Assembly (NCBI GenBank): GCA_965205505.1
Contig: CBDBHB010000007.1
Span: forward strand, 288,001 to 352,000
Length of the DNA stretch: 64,000 nucleotides
Origin: Acidobacteriota bacterium
GTDB taxonomy: Bacteria; Acidobacteriota; UBA890; WLXD01
Direction of reading: 5' to 3'
Shown here piece after piece: positions 1-10,653 of this stretch (its first letter is position 1; the number at the start of each line of letters is the position of its first letter). The notes beneath the pieces were generated by a model. That model was not told the origin of the DNA. It worked only from the letters and a program-made list of their open reading frames with translations, and made no database searches. Position numbers and translations under genes: made by a program.

Positions 1-674
1 CCATGTAGGCAAGACAAATATCTATCTTCAGGAAGACGATGGGCTCTCCTTCGACCAACCAACGGAGACCAACCACAAATACCCATGACAGCTATATAAG
101 CGACCCGGCGAAACCTGTGCCGTTTTCACTCGAGATACCCATGGCACCGTACAACCATATGGTGGGAGACCAGCGTCATGCCTCCACTCGCACTGATGTC
201 CTGACTTACCGGACAAAGGCACTGGAAGAAGAAATAACCATAGCCGAGCCTATTCGCGCCAACCTCTTTGCCTCAACCTCCGGAACGGACAGTGACTGGT
301 TTGTAAAGCTCATCGATGTTTATCCGGGAGACGCCCCGGATAATGGGAATGTCAAAATGGGTGGTTATCAGATGCTGCTGGGCATCGAGGTGATGAGGGG
401 CAAATACCGCAACAGCTACTCGAACCCCGAACCCATGGAACCGGACGAAGTAACAGCCATCAGCTTTGAAATAAGGGACAAGTTTCATACTTTCAAGAAA
501 GGGCACAAGATCATGGTTCAGGTTCACAGTTCCTGGTTCCCGGCATTTGACCGCAACCCGCAGACCTTCACCAACATTTACCGCGCCAAGAAGAACGAGT
601 ATCAAAAAGCGACACAAAAGATATATCGCTCCCAAGAATCGCCGTCTCACCTGGTTTTGCCGATTATCGAGTAG
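1..674 (+). CDS. CocE/NonD family hydrolase, C-terminal part (5'-truncated by window; apparent frameshift near nt 70-85)
   Basis: YISDPAKPVP, STSGTDSDWFVKLIDVYP, HTFKKGHKIMVQVHSSWFP..DRNPQ and PSHLVLP are typical of the CocE/PepX C-terminal domain. The upstream segment NIYLQEDDGLSFDQP lies in another frame. Confidence 0.8.
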
Positions 675-786
675 CAGGACCCGAAGGCCAGGGACGTCTG
701 AGGGCCGGACTCGTCGCGGGGCCGCGGTGTATGGTGTGGTGCCGATTCAGATTTCAATCAGACCCCAAACTCCAGGAGGCCGCTCC

Positions 787-1242
787 ATGAGGCTCCTTCG
801 CGCCGCCGGCGCTTCGCTGCTCGTGCTCATTTGTCTGATCTCGGGCAGCGGGACGGTCGCTGCCCAAGAAACCAGCGGGGCCGATGTCGATGCCGTGCTT
901 GCCGCGATGACAACCATCAGCGACGCCCTGCGCGCCGGTGACGAAGAGACATTCCTGGCGGGTTACACGGACGATTTGTTCTTCATGTGCCAAAACAGCG
1001 CACCGGTGATCGGCAGGGCCGCGCTCGATGCACAGACTGACTTCGGCGGGCAGTCGAGGGAATGGGTCGAAACCTACATCGAGGTCATGGTGAACGGCGA
1101 TTGGGGGCACATCATCGGCGACTGGACGTCGGGTGACCGCAGCGGCAAAGCGATCTACATGTTCGCGCGCCAGGACGATGCCTCTTGGAAGATCTCGCAC
1201 GAGTTCGTCAATTCCAATGGCACCCCGGAGGAAAGCCGGTGA
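787..1242 (+). CDS. Secreted NTF2/SnoaL-like (DUF4440-type) protein
   Basis: GGAGG RBS before ATG 787; signal peptide; YTDD..F, GDWG and WKISHE NTF2-like pattern. Confidence 0.7.
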   Translation: MRLLRAAGASLLVLICLISGSGTVAAQETSGADVDAVLAAMTTISDALRAGDEETFLAGYTDDLFFMCQNSAPVIGRAALDAQTDFGGQSREWVETYIEVMVNGDWGHIIGDWTSGDRSGKAIYMFARQDDASWKISHEFVNSNGTPEESR

Positions 1243-1700
1243 AGCTCGATAACCGCGCGACTACGTTGTTGATATCGCTGGCCACAATCTCCACTCTCGC
1301 CTGCGGCCCGACGGCAGAGCCGGCGGCCCCCGACCCGGAGCCCACACCGACCGCTGGCGATGACCGCGCCGCCATCGACGCGCTGATGGACCGCCTCGAG
1401 GCTGCCTACGCGAAGACCGACATCGACGAGCTGATGGATGTCTACACCGACGACCTCGTTTATATGGGTGCCGGTGCGCCGCTGGTGCAGGGCGCTGCGG
1501 ACTTTCGCGCCGCCAACGACCCGGTGGGCGCCTACGACCTCGTAATGCACAACGACGAGGTGATGGTGACCGGAGACTGGGGCTACGCCCGCGGTACCTA
1601 CGATGGCAACGATCGGTACGTGATGATCGTACGCCGCGGCGATGACGGCGTGTGGAGGATCGCGAGAGAGATCTGGAACGTGGCCCCGGACGAGGAGTAA
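1239..1700 (+). CDS. NTF2/SnoaL-like (DUF4440-type) lipoprotein, paralog of the upstream gene
   Basis: GTGA overlap with previous stop; lipobox TLAC; YTDDLVY, GDWGYARGTY, WRIAREIWN. Confidence 0.7.
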   Translation: MKLDNRATTLLISLATISTLACGPTAEPAAPDPEPTPTAGDDRAAIDALMDRLEAAYAKTDIDELMDVYTDDLVYMGAGAPLVQGAADFRAANDPVGAYDLVMHNDEVMVTGDWGYARGTYDGNDRYVMIVRRGDDGVWRIAREIWNVAPDEE

Positions 1701-1791
1701 GTACCGCTACGTGGACCACTTCGACCCTGGGTTGCGGACTCGTCACCGGCAGCATGAAGTCAGCTTCCTGAATCGCGCGGTGTGATCGAAG

Positions 1792-4377
1792 CTAGCGCTG
1801 CATCGTGAAGGTGAACTTCGCCGTCAGCGTGCGGTCGTCCAGGCGGTCGAACAGCCCGCTGAACGCCGTCGACTGCCGGTACACCAGGTAGAAGTCGTCG
1901 CCGGTGCGATAGATGTAGCGCAGCCGCGCGAACGCCGATAGCTGGTCGGTGACGCTACTGTGCTGCAGCAGCGAGTCGAACAGCAGGCGGTCCGAGAACG
2001 ACAGGTTGGCGCGCAGTCGTACCAGGTGCGTGTTGAAGCTGCCCCCCGGTAGATGGATGCGGTTGAAGTTGTACTGCGGGCTCAGTGTGAAGCGGTCGCT
2101 GAAGCGGAAGCTGGGGCCCCCACCGACCCCGAGGCGCGTGCCGTCGTAGAACTCGCCGAGGTTGAAGGTCAGGTTGCCGCTCAGCGCGCGTCGCGGGGCA
2201 GTGCGCAGCGAGATCTCACCGTCGGTCCACGAGTAGTCGCCGATGGGAATTGACACGTTTTCGTCGATGGGGAAATCGAAGTCCAGCACCTCGTAGTTGC
2301 GGTTGATGCGGAAACGAACCGTGTCCGAAGACTCGAGATCCAACCGCGTTCTCAAGCTATTCAACCGGGATACCAATCGCCCGCTGGTATCGGTGATGCG
2401 TTCCAGCGAGGGGTTGAACGAAACGCGCCGCAACAGCGGCCAGCTCGGGCGTACCGACCAGCGCCCTTGGGCAGTGGTGCGCACGATGTCCCGCCGCAAG
2501 ACGAAGCCGAGATCGGTATCGAAGTCGTCGGCTACGTACGTGACATCGGCGCCGAGCGACCATTCTTCGGTGTCCCATCCGGCGCTGAGCTGCCCGACCC
2601 AGGAGGTGCCGTCGACGTCGTTGTCCTGGCCGCCGGCCACGAACCCCGTCACGAACAGGTGGTCGAAGAGTATGAAGTCGAGGTCGACGCCGAAGACACG
2701 ATTGTACTGGCCGTCGGGCCCCTGAACGTTGGTGACCAGCGCGCCGACACTGGATCGACCGAAGACGGGCTGTTTCCAGCGGAAGGCGGCGAAGTTCTGG
2801 GCGACGCCGAACTGTGAGTCCCTGGTCTGCACGTTGACGAAGCCGAGGTTGCCGTTGCCGATCTTCCCCGTCAGCTTGCCGCCGAAGCGGATCGGAACCG
2901 GTTGCCCCTCGGGCCCAAGACCGATCCGCCGCGAGAAGAACAGCAGCGCCAGCGGCGGCTGTCGCTGGAAGCCGAAACCCTCACCCTCACCCGATGCTCG
3001 CCGCGGCAGGGTACCGAAGGTGAAGTTGTTCGCCGACTCGAGGAAGAACTCGCGTTGCTCGGGAAAGAACAGCGAGAAGCGCGTCAGGTTCACCTGCTGG
3101 GTGTCGGCCTCGACCTCGGCGAAGTCGGTATTCGCCGTCAGGTTGGCGGTGAGGCTGGGCGTGAGCTGCACCTTGAACACCTCGATGCCGATATCGCTCC
3201 TGCCCTCGGAGAGCGGATCGTCACGCTGCTGGAAGGAGTCGTAGGCGCCGGTAACGAACGGCTTGAGACGGAACCGACCCGTGAGCCCCACGTTCTGCAG
3301 CCCGAGCAGATGGCCGTACTGTGATACGGCGAGAAAGTTGTAGTCGCGGCTGGTGTTGTTCCAGTTGATGCGCTCTTGGTTATGGATTACCTCGCGCTCG
3401 TATTCGATTCCCCAAACGTCGCTTCCGGGGTTGAACCGGAGCGCCGCGAACGGGATGGCCATTTCGGCTTCCCAGCCGCGCTCGGTGATGCTCGCCGCAG
3501 CTTCCCAGTTCTCGTCCCAGGCCGTGTTGAGCTGACTCTCGTCACGAATGGTGTAGTCGAACTTGGCGCCGAGCGGGTTGACCTCGAAGCCGAGGGTGTT
3601 GCGATGGTCGTGGAACGTGTCGATGTAGATCGCCACCCAGTCATCCCCGGAGTGGAATTCGTCGCGGCGCATCACCGAAGCGCCGATATTCTCCGGCTCA
3701 TTGTCGTAGTTGATCCACCCGAAGTAGAGGTGTTCCTCGTCGTACAGGACGTATACCTCGGTGCGCTTCGTCGGCGCCGCTCCGTTGTTGGGCTCCTTCT
3801 GCACGAAGTCGCTCACGACCTCGGCCAGCGCCCATTGCGCCTCGTCGATCCGCCCATCGAGCACCGGGGGCGAGTCCGTCCATGTCGCGACAGAGATCTT
3901 GCCATCGCGGGGCAGGTCAGCCGCGGATCCCGAGACCACCCCGGCATTCGTCGACGGAGCTGCGGCGCTGGCAGGGAGCATCAGCGTCGGAGCTCCGGTT
4001 TCTGGCAGCGTCGGGGCTTCGGTTGCCGGGTACGTCGTGTTGTCTGCCGGCGTGAGGGCAGGGGCAGCTTCGGCGGGGGGTCGGGGCACCGATTCGACGG
4101 CGTTGGATCCATCCGGGCTTGGGCTCGGTGTATCGGACACCGACGGCGGCGGGGCCGACGGCAACGCCACCGGGCCGGTCTCACCGGATCGGACCATTCG
4201 TACCGGGATGTTGCGACCCGGCGCCGGCCGCACCGACCTCGCCGACTCGCCTGGACGGACCATCCGGACCGGAATCTGCCGGCGACGACGTTCTTGCTCG
4301 GCGCCTTCCTGTTCCGCGGCGACGGCCGTGCTGGCAAGCATCACGCAGACGGCCGCGAGCGTCAGCCCCCTGCGCAT
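1792..4377 (-). CDS. DUF5916-type outer-membrane/secreted protein with CBM9-like N-terminal domain
   Basis: PVLDGRIDE, YDEEHLYFG, DTFHDHR, NTDFAEVEAD..VNLTRFSLFFPEQREFFLE, LFFSRRIG; beta-strand-rich C-terminus. Start uncertain (4377, 4428 or 4485). Confidence 0.8.
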   Translation of the reverse strand: MRRGLTLAAVCVMLASTAVAAEQEGAEQERRRRQIPVRMVRPGESARSVRPAPGRNIPVRMVRSGETGPVALPSAPPPSVSDTPSPSPDGSNAVESVPRPPAEAAPALTPADNTTYPATEAPTLPETGAPTLMLPASAAAPSTNAGVVSGSAADLPRDGKISVATWTDSPPVLDGRIDEAQWALAEVVSDFVQKEPNNGAAPTKRTEVYVLYDEEHLYFGWINYDNEPENIGASVMRRDEFHSGDDWVAIYIDTFHDHRNTLGFEVNPLGAKFDYTIRDESQLNTAWDENWEAAASITERGWEAEMAIPFAALRFNPGSDVWGIEYEREVIHNQERINWNNTSRDYNFLAVSQYGHLLGLQNVGLTGRFRLKPFVTGAYDSFQQRDDPLSEGRSDIGIEVFKVQLTPSLTANLTANTDFAEVEADTQQVNLTRFSLFFPEQREFFLESANNFTFGTLPRRASGEGEGFGFQRQPPLALLFFSRRIGLGPEGQPVPIRFGGKLTGKIGNGNLGFVNVQTRDSQFGVAQNFAAFRWKQPVFGRSSVGALVTNVQGPDGQYNRVFGVDLDFILFDHLFVTGFVAGGQDNDVDGTSWVGQLSAGWDTEEWSLGADVTYVADDFDTDLGFVLRRDIVRTTAQGRWSVRPSWPLLRRVSFNPSLERITDTSGRLVSRLNSLRTRLDLESSDTVRFRINRNYEVLDFDFPIDENVSIPIGDYSWTDGEISLRTAPRRALSGNLTFNLGEFYDGTRLGVGGGPSFRFSDRFTLSPQYNFNRIHLPGGSFNTHLVRLRANLSFSDRLLFDSLLQHSSVTDQLSAFARLRYIYRTGDDFYLVYRQSTAFSGLFDRLDDRTLTAKFTFTMQR

Positions 4378-4663
4378 GGCCGCACCGAGTTCCGGCCGCG
4401 TTTCGTCGGCTTCCGTAACTGCATCCATCGCTCGTCGATCGAGGGGTCTCCCGCAAGGTTCCCGATTGGCTTCATGCGGGCACAACTCACCCCAATCTAG
4501 CAGAGCAGAAGTTGCGACCCCGAGTAGCTGAGTTCGTTGCTATCCCGACAAGGGGCCAATCGCGGACACAGCGCACCACAGAGTTGAAAGCGCCGTGTAC
4601 TGGATGCGTGAAGCGTCGAGCGAGCGAGGCTGTGCGCTAGGCGCATCCCTGTTCGCCGGCCCG

Positions 4664-5299
4664 TCAGGTGCTCGAGGTCATCTCCACGTAGATCGCCAGG
4701 ATCTCGGAGCCGTACTCCGGGTGGCCAGGAAGGTACGGGCGAGGCTCCGACCAGTTGACGGAGCAGCGCCCCTCCCGCTCCAGACCGGACAACAGGCTGT
4801 CGTAGGAGCGCTCGGCCCAAAGATCGCTGCGCTGGCTGAAGACAATCGACCCGCCCGGCCTGACGAGCCGAAGAAACTCGGTCAGGAGTTGGAGGCCGTC
4901 GTGCACGTAGGTGAACACGCCCGTGCTGACCACGGCCTCGAATCGATCGTCGACGAACGGCAGCTCCCGAGTCAGATCGATCTGGACCACGCTCCGATAC
5001 ACACCGCGCTTCTGTGCCCGTTCCAGAGAGTCCCAGGACACGTCGACCCCCAGCAGATTGTCGAAGCCGAGCTTCTGGAGCGCCGCTCCCAATCGCCCGG
5101 TGCCGCATCCGGCATCCAGCACGGTTTCGGCGGCGTCGAGCCCGCGCGCTGCCAGCCGGCTGGCGACGACGTCGGGAGCGCGGTAGCCCCAAGCGTCCAG
5201 GTCGGCATCGTAGTCCTCGGACCAATCGTCATAAAACGCTTCGAGCTCGCGCGGTGTCGCATCGATGAACGAGCTCAGGTTCTCAGGACCCTGTCGCAT
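4664..5299 (-). CDS. Class I SAM-dependent methyltransferase
   Basis: VLDAGCGTG motif I; YDDWSEDYDADL N-terminus; LVRPGG. Confidence 0.85.
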   Translation of the reverse strand: MRQGPENLSSFIDATPRELEAFYDDWSEDYDADLDAWGYRAPDVVASRLAARGLDAAETVLDAGCGTGRLGAALQKLGFDNLLGVDVSWDSLERAQKRGVYRSVVQIDLTRELPFVDDRFEAVVSTGVFTYVHDGLQLLTEFLRLVRPGGSIVFSQRSDLWAERSYDSLLSGLEREGRCSVNWSEPRPYLPGHPEYGSEILAIYVEMTSST

Positions 5300-5601
5300 C
5301 GGAACCTGCCAGAAACGAGCGTGTCGCGGATCGCCGGGAAGTATACCGACAATCTGCTTACGCGGGTCGGGCTTCCAGGGGTTTCGCGAGCGAAGCCGAT
5401 CGCGTAGTTGCGGCGGCCGGCGGTCCGGCCTGCTACTTCCCTTCGCGCCGTGTGACGCGTCTGGATCCGGCGATGGTGCTCACCGGCGACTGGCCACGAT
5501 TCCCCTTCAGTTGATCATGTCTCTTCGCAGAGGCTACCCTGGCGCTGTTTTCCCCGATGTCAAACTTTGTTCCCAGCCCTGCCACACACGTGGAGCAAGC
5601 C

Positions 5602-6633
5602 ATGAGAGCTACCGCTCTTCTGATCCTGACCCTCGCCCTGTCTGGCTGCCGTTCACCCGCACCCGAGCCTGCGGGTGAGGATCCGGCGACCGCACCTGAC
5701 GCTGAGGTCGAGATCACGGAATGGCTAGTTCCGTGGGAGGACACAACTCCTCGAGATCCGTACGTGGGCCCGCAGAACCATGTTTGGTTCGTTGGGCAGG
5801 GAGGAGACTACATCGCATCGTTCGACCCAACGACTGGCGATTTCGCCCGCTTCGACCTGGATCCTGGAACCGGCCCTCACAACCTGATCGTGGATGATGA
5901 CGGCAGCGTCTGGTACGCGGGAAATGCAGCCGCCCATATCGGCAAGCTGGATCCGGAGAGCGGGGAGATCACCAAGCTCCCCATGCCGGATCCGGCAGCC
6001 GGGGATCCGCACACGCTCGTGTTCGATCAGAACGGCGACATATGGTTTACGGTGCAGGCTGGGAACTTCGTCGGCAAACTGCAGCCTCGGTCTGGCGAGA
6101 TTCAGTTGATCGCTGTGCCGACAGAAGCTGCGCGTCCGTACGGCATTGTCATCGACTCCAACAACCGGCCGTGGATCGTCGAATTCGGCGTCAACAAGAT
6201 TGCGACTGTTGATCCCGACACGATGGCACTTGAAGAGATAACGCTGCCGCGCCCGGAGACCCGGCCCCGCCGACTCGCAGTAACCTCAGACGACAAGATC
6301 TGGTACGTCGACTACGGTCACGGATTCCTTGGCCGGCTCGATGGTTTCACCCACGAAATCGAAGAATGGCCTGTGCCTGCCGGGAGCGGTGCCCTGGCGT
6401 ATGCCATGGCGGTAGATGATCGCGACCGCCTTTGGTTCGTGGAGAGCGGCCCGCAGCCAAATCGATTGGTCGGATTCGACCCGGCTACGTCCGAGTTCTT
6501 CAGCATCACCGAGATTGAAAGCGGTGGTGGGACGGTACGTCACATGTACTTCGATGAACGTAGTCGAGAGATCTGGTTTGGGACCGACACCAACTACATC
6601 GGCAGAGCCCGGCTCAAGGCACTGTCAACCTAA
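5602..6633 (+). CDS. Virginiamycin B lyase (Vgb)-like beta-propeller lipoprotein
   Basis: Lipobox LSGC; repeated GPHNL/DPHTL/RPYGI/RPRRL blades with WF/WY and GKLDP. Confidence 0.8.
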   Translation: MRATALLILTLALSGCRSPAPEPAGEDPATAPDAEVEITEWLVPWEDTTPRDPYVGPQNHVWFVGQGGDYIASFDPTTGDFARFDLDPGTGPHNLIVDDDGSVWYAGNAAAHIGKLDPESGEITKLPMPDPAAGDPHTLVFDQNGDIWFTVQAGNFVGKLQPRSGEIQLIAVPTEAARPYGIVIDSNNRPWIVEFGVNKIATVDPDTMALEEITLPRPETRPRRLAVTSDDKIWYVDYGHGFLGRLDGFTHEIEEWPVPAGSGALAYAMAVDDRDRLWFVESGPQPNRLVGFDPATSEFFSITEIESGGGTVRHMYFDERSREIWFGTDTNYIGRARLKALST

Positions 6634-6672
6634 CCGCCCGAGTTTTCCGCTTGGTGACTGCCTCCTGGAGGA

Positions 6673-6790
6673 TCAGGTCACTCGCTCGACTTGCGAACCA
6701 CCCGGTGTCCACGTGCTGTCTTCGATCTCATCGAGCACGTGCGCGTAGACGTTCAGCGTCATCGACGCCGGGGGATGGCTGACGCTGTCG
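6673..6790 (-). pseudogene. Possible tyrosine recombinase/integrase C-terminal remnant
   Basis: Reads SHPPASMTLNVYAHVLDEIED, resembling the GHxxxxxTxxxYxH catalytic-Tyr box of phage integrases. Confidence 0.45.
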
Positions 6791-7963
6791 TGGAGCTCGG
6801 GCTCGCATCGCCTCGAACAGCTCGATGTGGCTCTCGACGATCCGACGCCGCGCCGCCTCGTTCGGCTCGAGATCCCAGACGCCCTCTTCGCTCGTGCCAC
6901 CGAGCGCGATGCCGTCGCTGCGCGGCGCCATGTGGATGAACCCGCCGCGCGCGTTGGGGCTGCCGGGCACGCCACCGAACGTCGCGTAGTCGACCTCGGG
7001 CTGAGGCACCAGCATGGTGAGCTGGCCCTTCAGCGGGATCAGCTCGTCGTCCTTGAAGAGCTCGCGCGCCCCGAGCCCGGTGCAGTTGACGATGAGCGAC
7101 TCGCGCAGCGACATCAGATCTCGCGACGTCGCAAACTGGCAAATCACGATGCGGCCGCCGAACAGGAGAACGTCGCGCACCAGCGCGTCCAGGTAGATCG
7201 CAGGCTCGATCAGGAGCCACGGGGCGCGGGTGGCGAACCTGGAAGGGAACGGGTGCTCACCGGGCTCCAGCACCACCCGGCCCGTTCGCAAGGACGCGGG
7301 CCGCAGCGGCGAGAGCGAACCTCCCTCCGGCGTTGCGGGCGGCTCGTTCATCATCCCGTAGATGTTGCTCCACGAGACTCCGTAGCCGCGGCCCACCAGC
7401 AGCTGCAGCTGCTCGTACGCGATCTCCGCAGCGCGCTGGAACTGCGCATCCCATTCCGGCGTGCGCCGGTTCCCGTCAATCAGCCCGGACGTCGGCGTGA
7501 AGGCGGCCAGAGCCTTGTTGGAGGTTGTGTCTGGAGGCACCGACTTGGCGTAGATGGTCACGTCGAAGCCGCGCCGCTGCAGCTGCCGCGCCGTGGTCAG
7601 CCCAACGGTGCCGCAGCCGATGACTGCCGCGTGCCGGTCGCCGTGCTCCATCGCGATCTCGGCCGCCAGTTCGGCCGTACCCCAACCGATCGAGTGGCCG
7701 GCTCCGCCGTGGCCGTAGTTGTGGATGACGGTCTTGGCGTCGAGCTTCTGAGCCCTGAGCACGAACCCGGAGGGCCGGTGCGGACGCAACCCGACCGTGG
7801 TGCGGATAACCCGATCCCAGGAAGCTTCGACAGGGGCGAGGTTGACTCTGAACCTCGGCAGCTCGTTGGGCCTCGGCGCGCGCGCCGCACACCCACCCAC
7901 ACCGAGACCGAGCACCGCCAGGCCACCGGTTTTGAGTAACGCGCGCCTGTCCACCGCTGTCAC
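6728..7963 (-). CDS. FAD-dependent D-amino-acid oxidase family protein, Tat-exported
   Basis: DRRALLK Tat motif plus GGC lipobox; VGLRPHRP, HNYGHGGAG, VIGCGTVG, VNCTGLGA. Confidence 0.85.
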   Translation of the reverse strand: MTAVDRRALLKTGGLAVLGLGVGGCAARAPRPNELPRFRVNLAPVEASWDRVIRTTVGLRPHRPSGFVLRAQKLDAKTVIHNYGHGGAGHSIGWGTAELAAEIAMEHGDRHAAVIGCGTVGLTTARQLQRRGFDVTIYAKSVPPDTTSNKALAAFTPTSGLIDGNRRTPEWDAQFQRAAEIAYEQLQLLVGRGYGVSWSNIYGMMNEPPATPEGGSLSPLRPASLRTGRVVLEPGEHPFPSRFATRAPWLLIEPAIYLDALVRDVLLFGGRIVICQFATSRDLMSLRESLIVNCTGLGARELFKDDELIPLKGQLTMLVPQPEVDYATFGGVPGSPNARGGFIHMAPRSDGIALGGTSEEGVWDLEPNEAARRRIVESHIELFEAMRARAPRQRQPSPGVDDAERLRARAR

Positions 7964-7966
7964 CCG

Positions 7967-8300
7967 CTACGGGTCCGTCGGCACGAGCCGCCTCAGCTCG
8001 TCGAACCAGTTGATGATCACCGGAACCTGGGTCACTGGCGGCGCTGTCTCTTGGACCATTAGAAAACGCTGGCCGTCATCGGCGATGTCGTAATTCGCGT
8101 TGCCGAACTGATCGAACGTGAAGCGCCGTTCAAACAGCTCCACTGGCCTGCACCCAGACGTCGCGCCCTCGGGTGGGAGTGACCTCGCAAGAAAAGCAGG
8201 GTGTCATCCTCTGACAACGACATTGGAACTATGGGAGTCTCGGCCCTCGACAAGAAGCTCCAGATCACTTCCGTCCACCGCAGAGGAATGGATACTATAG
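7967..8300 (-). pseudogene. Remnant of the C-terminus of a PD40/TolB-repeat Ser/Thr kinase-type gene
   Basis: Frame ending at TAG 7969-7967 reads PVELFERRF..NYDIADDGQRFLMVQE..VIINWFDELRRLVP. Upstream pieces (SAVDGSDLELLVEG, PMSLSEDDTLLF) are in other frames and there is no start. Confidence 0.65.
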
Positions 8301-8360
8301 GGCCGGACTGAGAAAAGCCGGCGTTCCGCGCAGTTCCCGCGTTAGAGAACCGGAGGAGCT

Positions 8361-10373
8361 ATGTCCAGGAGTGGGGATCGTGATCTCGGGATGCATCGGG
8401 ATATCAGCCGGCGCGACTTTGTCAATGGCGTGGGGGTTGCGATTGGGGGGTCGCTGATCGCACCTGGCTGGCTGTCGGCGCGCGAGGGCACACCCCATGC
8501 GCCCCTGGCGCAGGAATACTATCCACCGGCCCTGACTGGAATGCGCGGAAGTCACCCCGGTTCGTTCGAGGTCGCCCATGCGCTCCGCGACGGGAACACA
8601 TGGACCGATGTCGCCGACACGCGTGAGAGCTACGATCTGGTGGTGGTCGGAGGGGGGCTGAGCGGGCTCTCGGCAGCCTATTTCTTCCTGACCTCGGCCG
8701 GTCCCGGCGCCCGTGTGCTGGTCCTCGACAACCATGATGACTTCGGTGGCCATGCCACGCGCAACGAGATGACATATCGAGGCCGTACGCTGATGCTCAA
8801 CGGCGGCACCTCGGAGGTCGAGTCCGTGGGCCAATACAGCGCCGTGTCCCAGACGCTGCTCGCAGCGATCGGCATCGACGTGGAAAGTGCGAATGCCACC
8901 AGCACCGCGGGTAGGGGGTTCTACGGGTCGCTGGGACTCGGTAGCGCCACTTTCTTCGCCAAAGAGGTGTTCGGCGAGGATCGGCTGGTGATGGGACGCG
9001 GAGGGGAATCCGGGGGTCGCGGATGGGCCGATTGGCTCGCACAGACCCCGCTGTCTCCGGAGGCGCGGCGGGACATCGCGCGGCTCTACGATGACGGTGC
9101 GAACCCAGACTATATGCCCGGACTGTCGGATGCCGACAAGAAGGAGCGCCTGGCCCGGATCAGTTATCGGGACTTTCTCCTCGACCTCGCCAAGGCTCAC
9201 CCCGATGTGATCGCGTTCTTCGATGACCTCCCGAAGGGCAGGTTCTGCGTGGGCATCGACGGCCATCCGGCGCTCTATGGATGGGTCCTGGGCTATCCCG
9301 GGTTCCAGGGGATGAACCTCGAGCCCTTCCCCCGCGTGAGCCCCCTCAGCCACATCGGGGGCGGACAACACGGTCGTGAGAGCGAGTGGAACACAGGACC
9401 GAACATCCACTTTCCCGACGGCAACGCGACGGTGGCCCGGTTGCTGGTTCGTGCGATGATTCCCGACGCGCTTCCGGGCACCTCGCAGGAAGACTCGATG
9501 ACCTCGCGCCTGGCGTACGACCGCATCGACCGCGCGGGCTCCGACGCCCGAATTCGTCTCAACAGCATGGTGGTCTCCGCCCGGCACCTGGGCGATCCCG
9601 ACGCGGCCCGCGGGGTCGAGATCACGTATGTGCGCGGCGGCAAGGCCGAGAAGGTACGGGCGGATCACTGTGTGATGGGGTGCTACAACGGGGTCATCCC
9701 GCACCTGTGCCCCGAGATGTCCGACGAGCAGAAGGTGGCGCTCAAGTATGGCGTCAAGATGCCCCTCGTCTACACCAACGTCCTCATCCGAAATTGGACG
9801 GCCTTCACGAACCTGGGCATCTCACGGGTGACCGCTCCGGGGATGTACCACAGCGGGGTCAGCCTGGGCCGCTCCGTGCAGTTCGGTGACTACCGACCCT
9901 CCAGATCGCCTGACGACCCAATGATCCTGCACATGACCAGGGCGCCTTGCGCTCCTGGACACCCGAAGAAGGAGCAGCATCGCATCGGGCGAGAGGATCT
10001 GTTGGCCACCACCTTCGAGACCTTCGAGCGCAACATCCGGGACCAACTCGGTCGAACCCTACAGAGTGGGGGTTTCGACCCGGCCCGGGACATCGAAGCG
10101 ATCACAGTGAATCGCTGGCCGCACGGTCCTGCCTATCACTACAACACCCTGGACGATCCGATCGAGTGGGCGCTGTTCGCCCCCGACGATCGGCCGTGCG
10201 TCATCGGCAGGCGGCGATTCGGTCGGATTTCCATCGCCAACTCCGATGCCGCTGCCTCCTCGCACACGGACGCAGCCATCGACGAGGCGCATCGAGCGGT
10301 CCGGGAGCAGCTCCTCGTTCGAAGCCGCGACCGGCGAAGAACCTCCATTACGGACGAGATGCCGTCCCGGTAG
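8361..10373 (+). CDS. Spermidine dehydrogenase-like FAD oxidoreductase, Tat-exported
   Basis: ISRRDFVNG Tat motif; YYPPALTGMRGSHPGSFE; VVGGGLSG; DNHDDFGGHATRNE; HFPDGNA; ITVNRWPHG. Confidence 0.8.
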   Translation: MSRSGDRDLGMHRDISRRDFVNGVGVAIGGSLIAPGWLSAREGTPHAPLAQEYYPPALTGMRGSHPGSFEVAHALRDGNTWTDVADTRESYDLVVVGGGLSGLSAAYFFLTSAGPGARVLVLDNHDDFGGHATRNEMTYRGRTLMLNGGTSEVESVGQYSAVSQTLLAAIGIDVESANATSTAGRGFYGSLGLGSATFFAKEVFGEDRLVMGRGGESGGRGWADWLAQTPLSPEARRDIARLYDDGANPDYMPGLSDADKKERLARISYRDFLLDLAKAHPDVIAFFDDLPKGRFCVGIDGHPALYGWVLGYPGFQGMNLEPFPRVSPLSHIGGGQHGRESEWNTGPNIHFPDGNATVARLLVRAMIPDALPGTSQEDSMTSRLAYDRIDRAGSDARIRLNSMVVSARHLGDPDAARGVEITYVRGGKAEKVRADHCVMGCYNGVIPHLCPEMSDEQKVALKYGVKMPLVYTNVLIRNWTAFTNLGISRVTAPGMYHSGVSLGRSVQFGDYRPSRSPDDPMILHMTRAPCAPGHPKKEQHRIGREDLLATTFETFERNIRDQLGRTLQSGGFDPARDIEAITVNRWPHGPAYHYNTLDDPIEWALFAPDDRPCVIGRRRFGRISIANSDAAASSHTDAAIDEAHRAVREQLLVRSRDRRRTSITDEMPSR

Positions 10374-10653
10374 GACACTGGAAGTGGCTCCCCTCAATGT
10401 GGAGGTGGGCACGGGGCAGGAGGTAGACGGGCCACCGGGGTCAAAGCGCCGGGATGGTCAGGCCTGCCGAGGGATGTGCGGCATTGTCACCATCGTCACA
10501 GCGTCATCCACACGGCCGGCGACGGCGACACTGGCGACGCCGTGGCGCGACGCCTCCGGGCGTAGCGAGGTGCGGCCTTGAGCGGGGAGCACGCCCCATG
10601 ATTCGATTCGACCGCGGCGAACGCTTGAACGGATCGTAGAGGGGGAGTCGAGT

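Noticed and set aside
5602-6633. True streptogramin resistance gene
   Set aside because: Vgb-like propellers are widespread and this one is a lipoprotein. Fold similarity does not show resistance.
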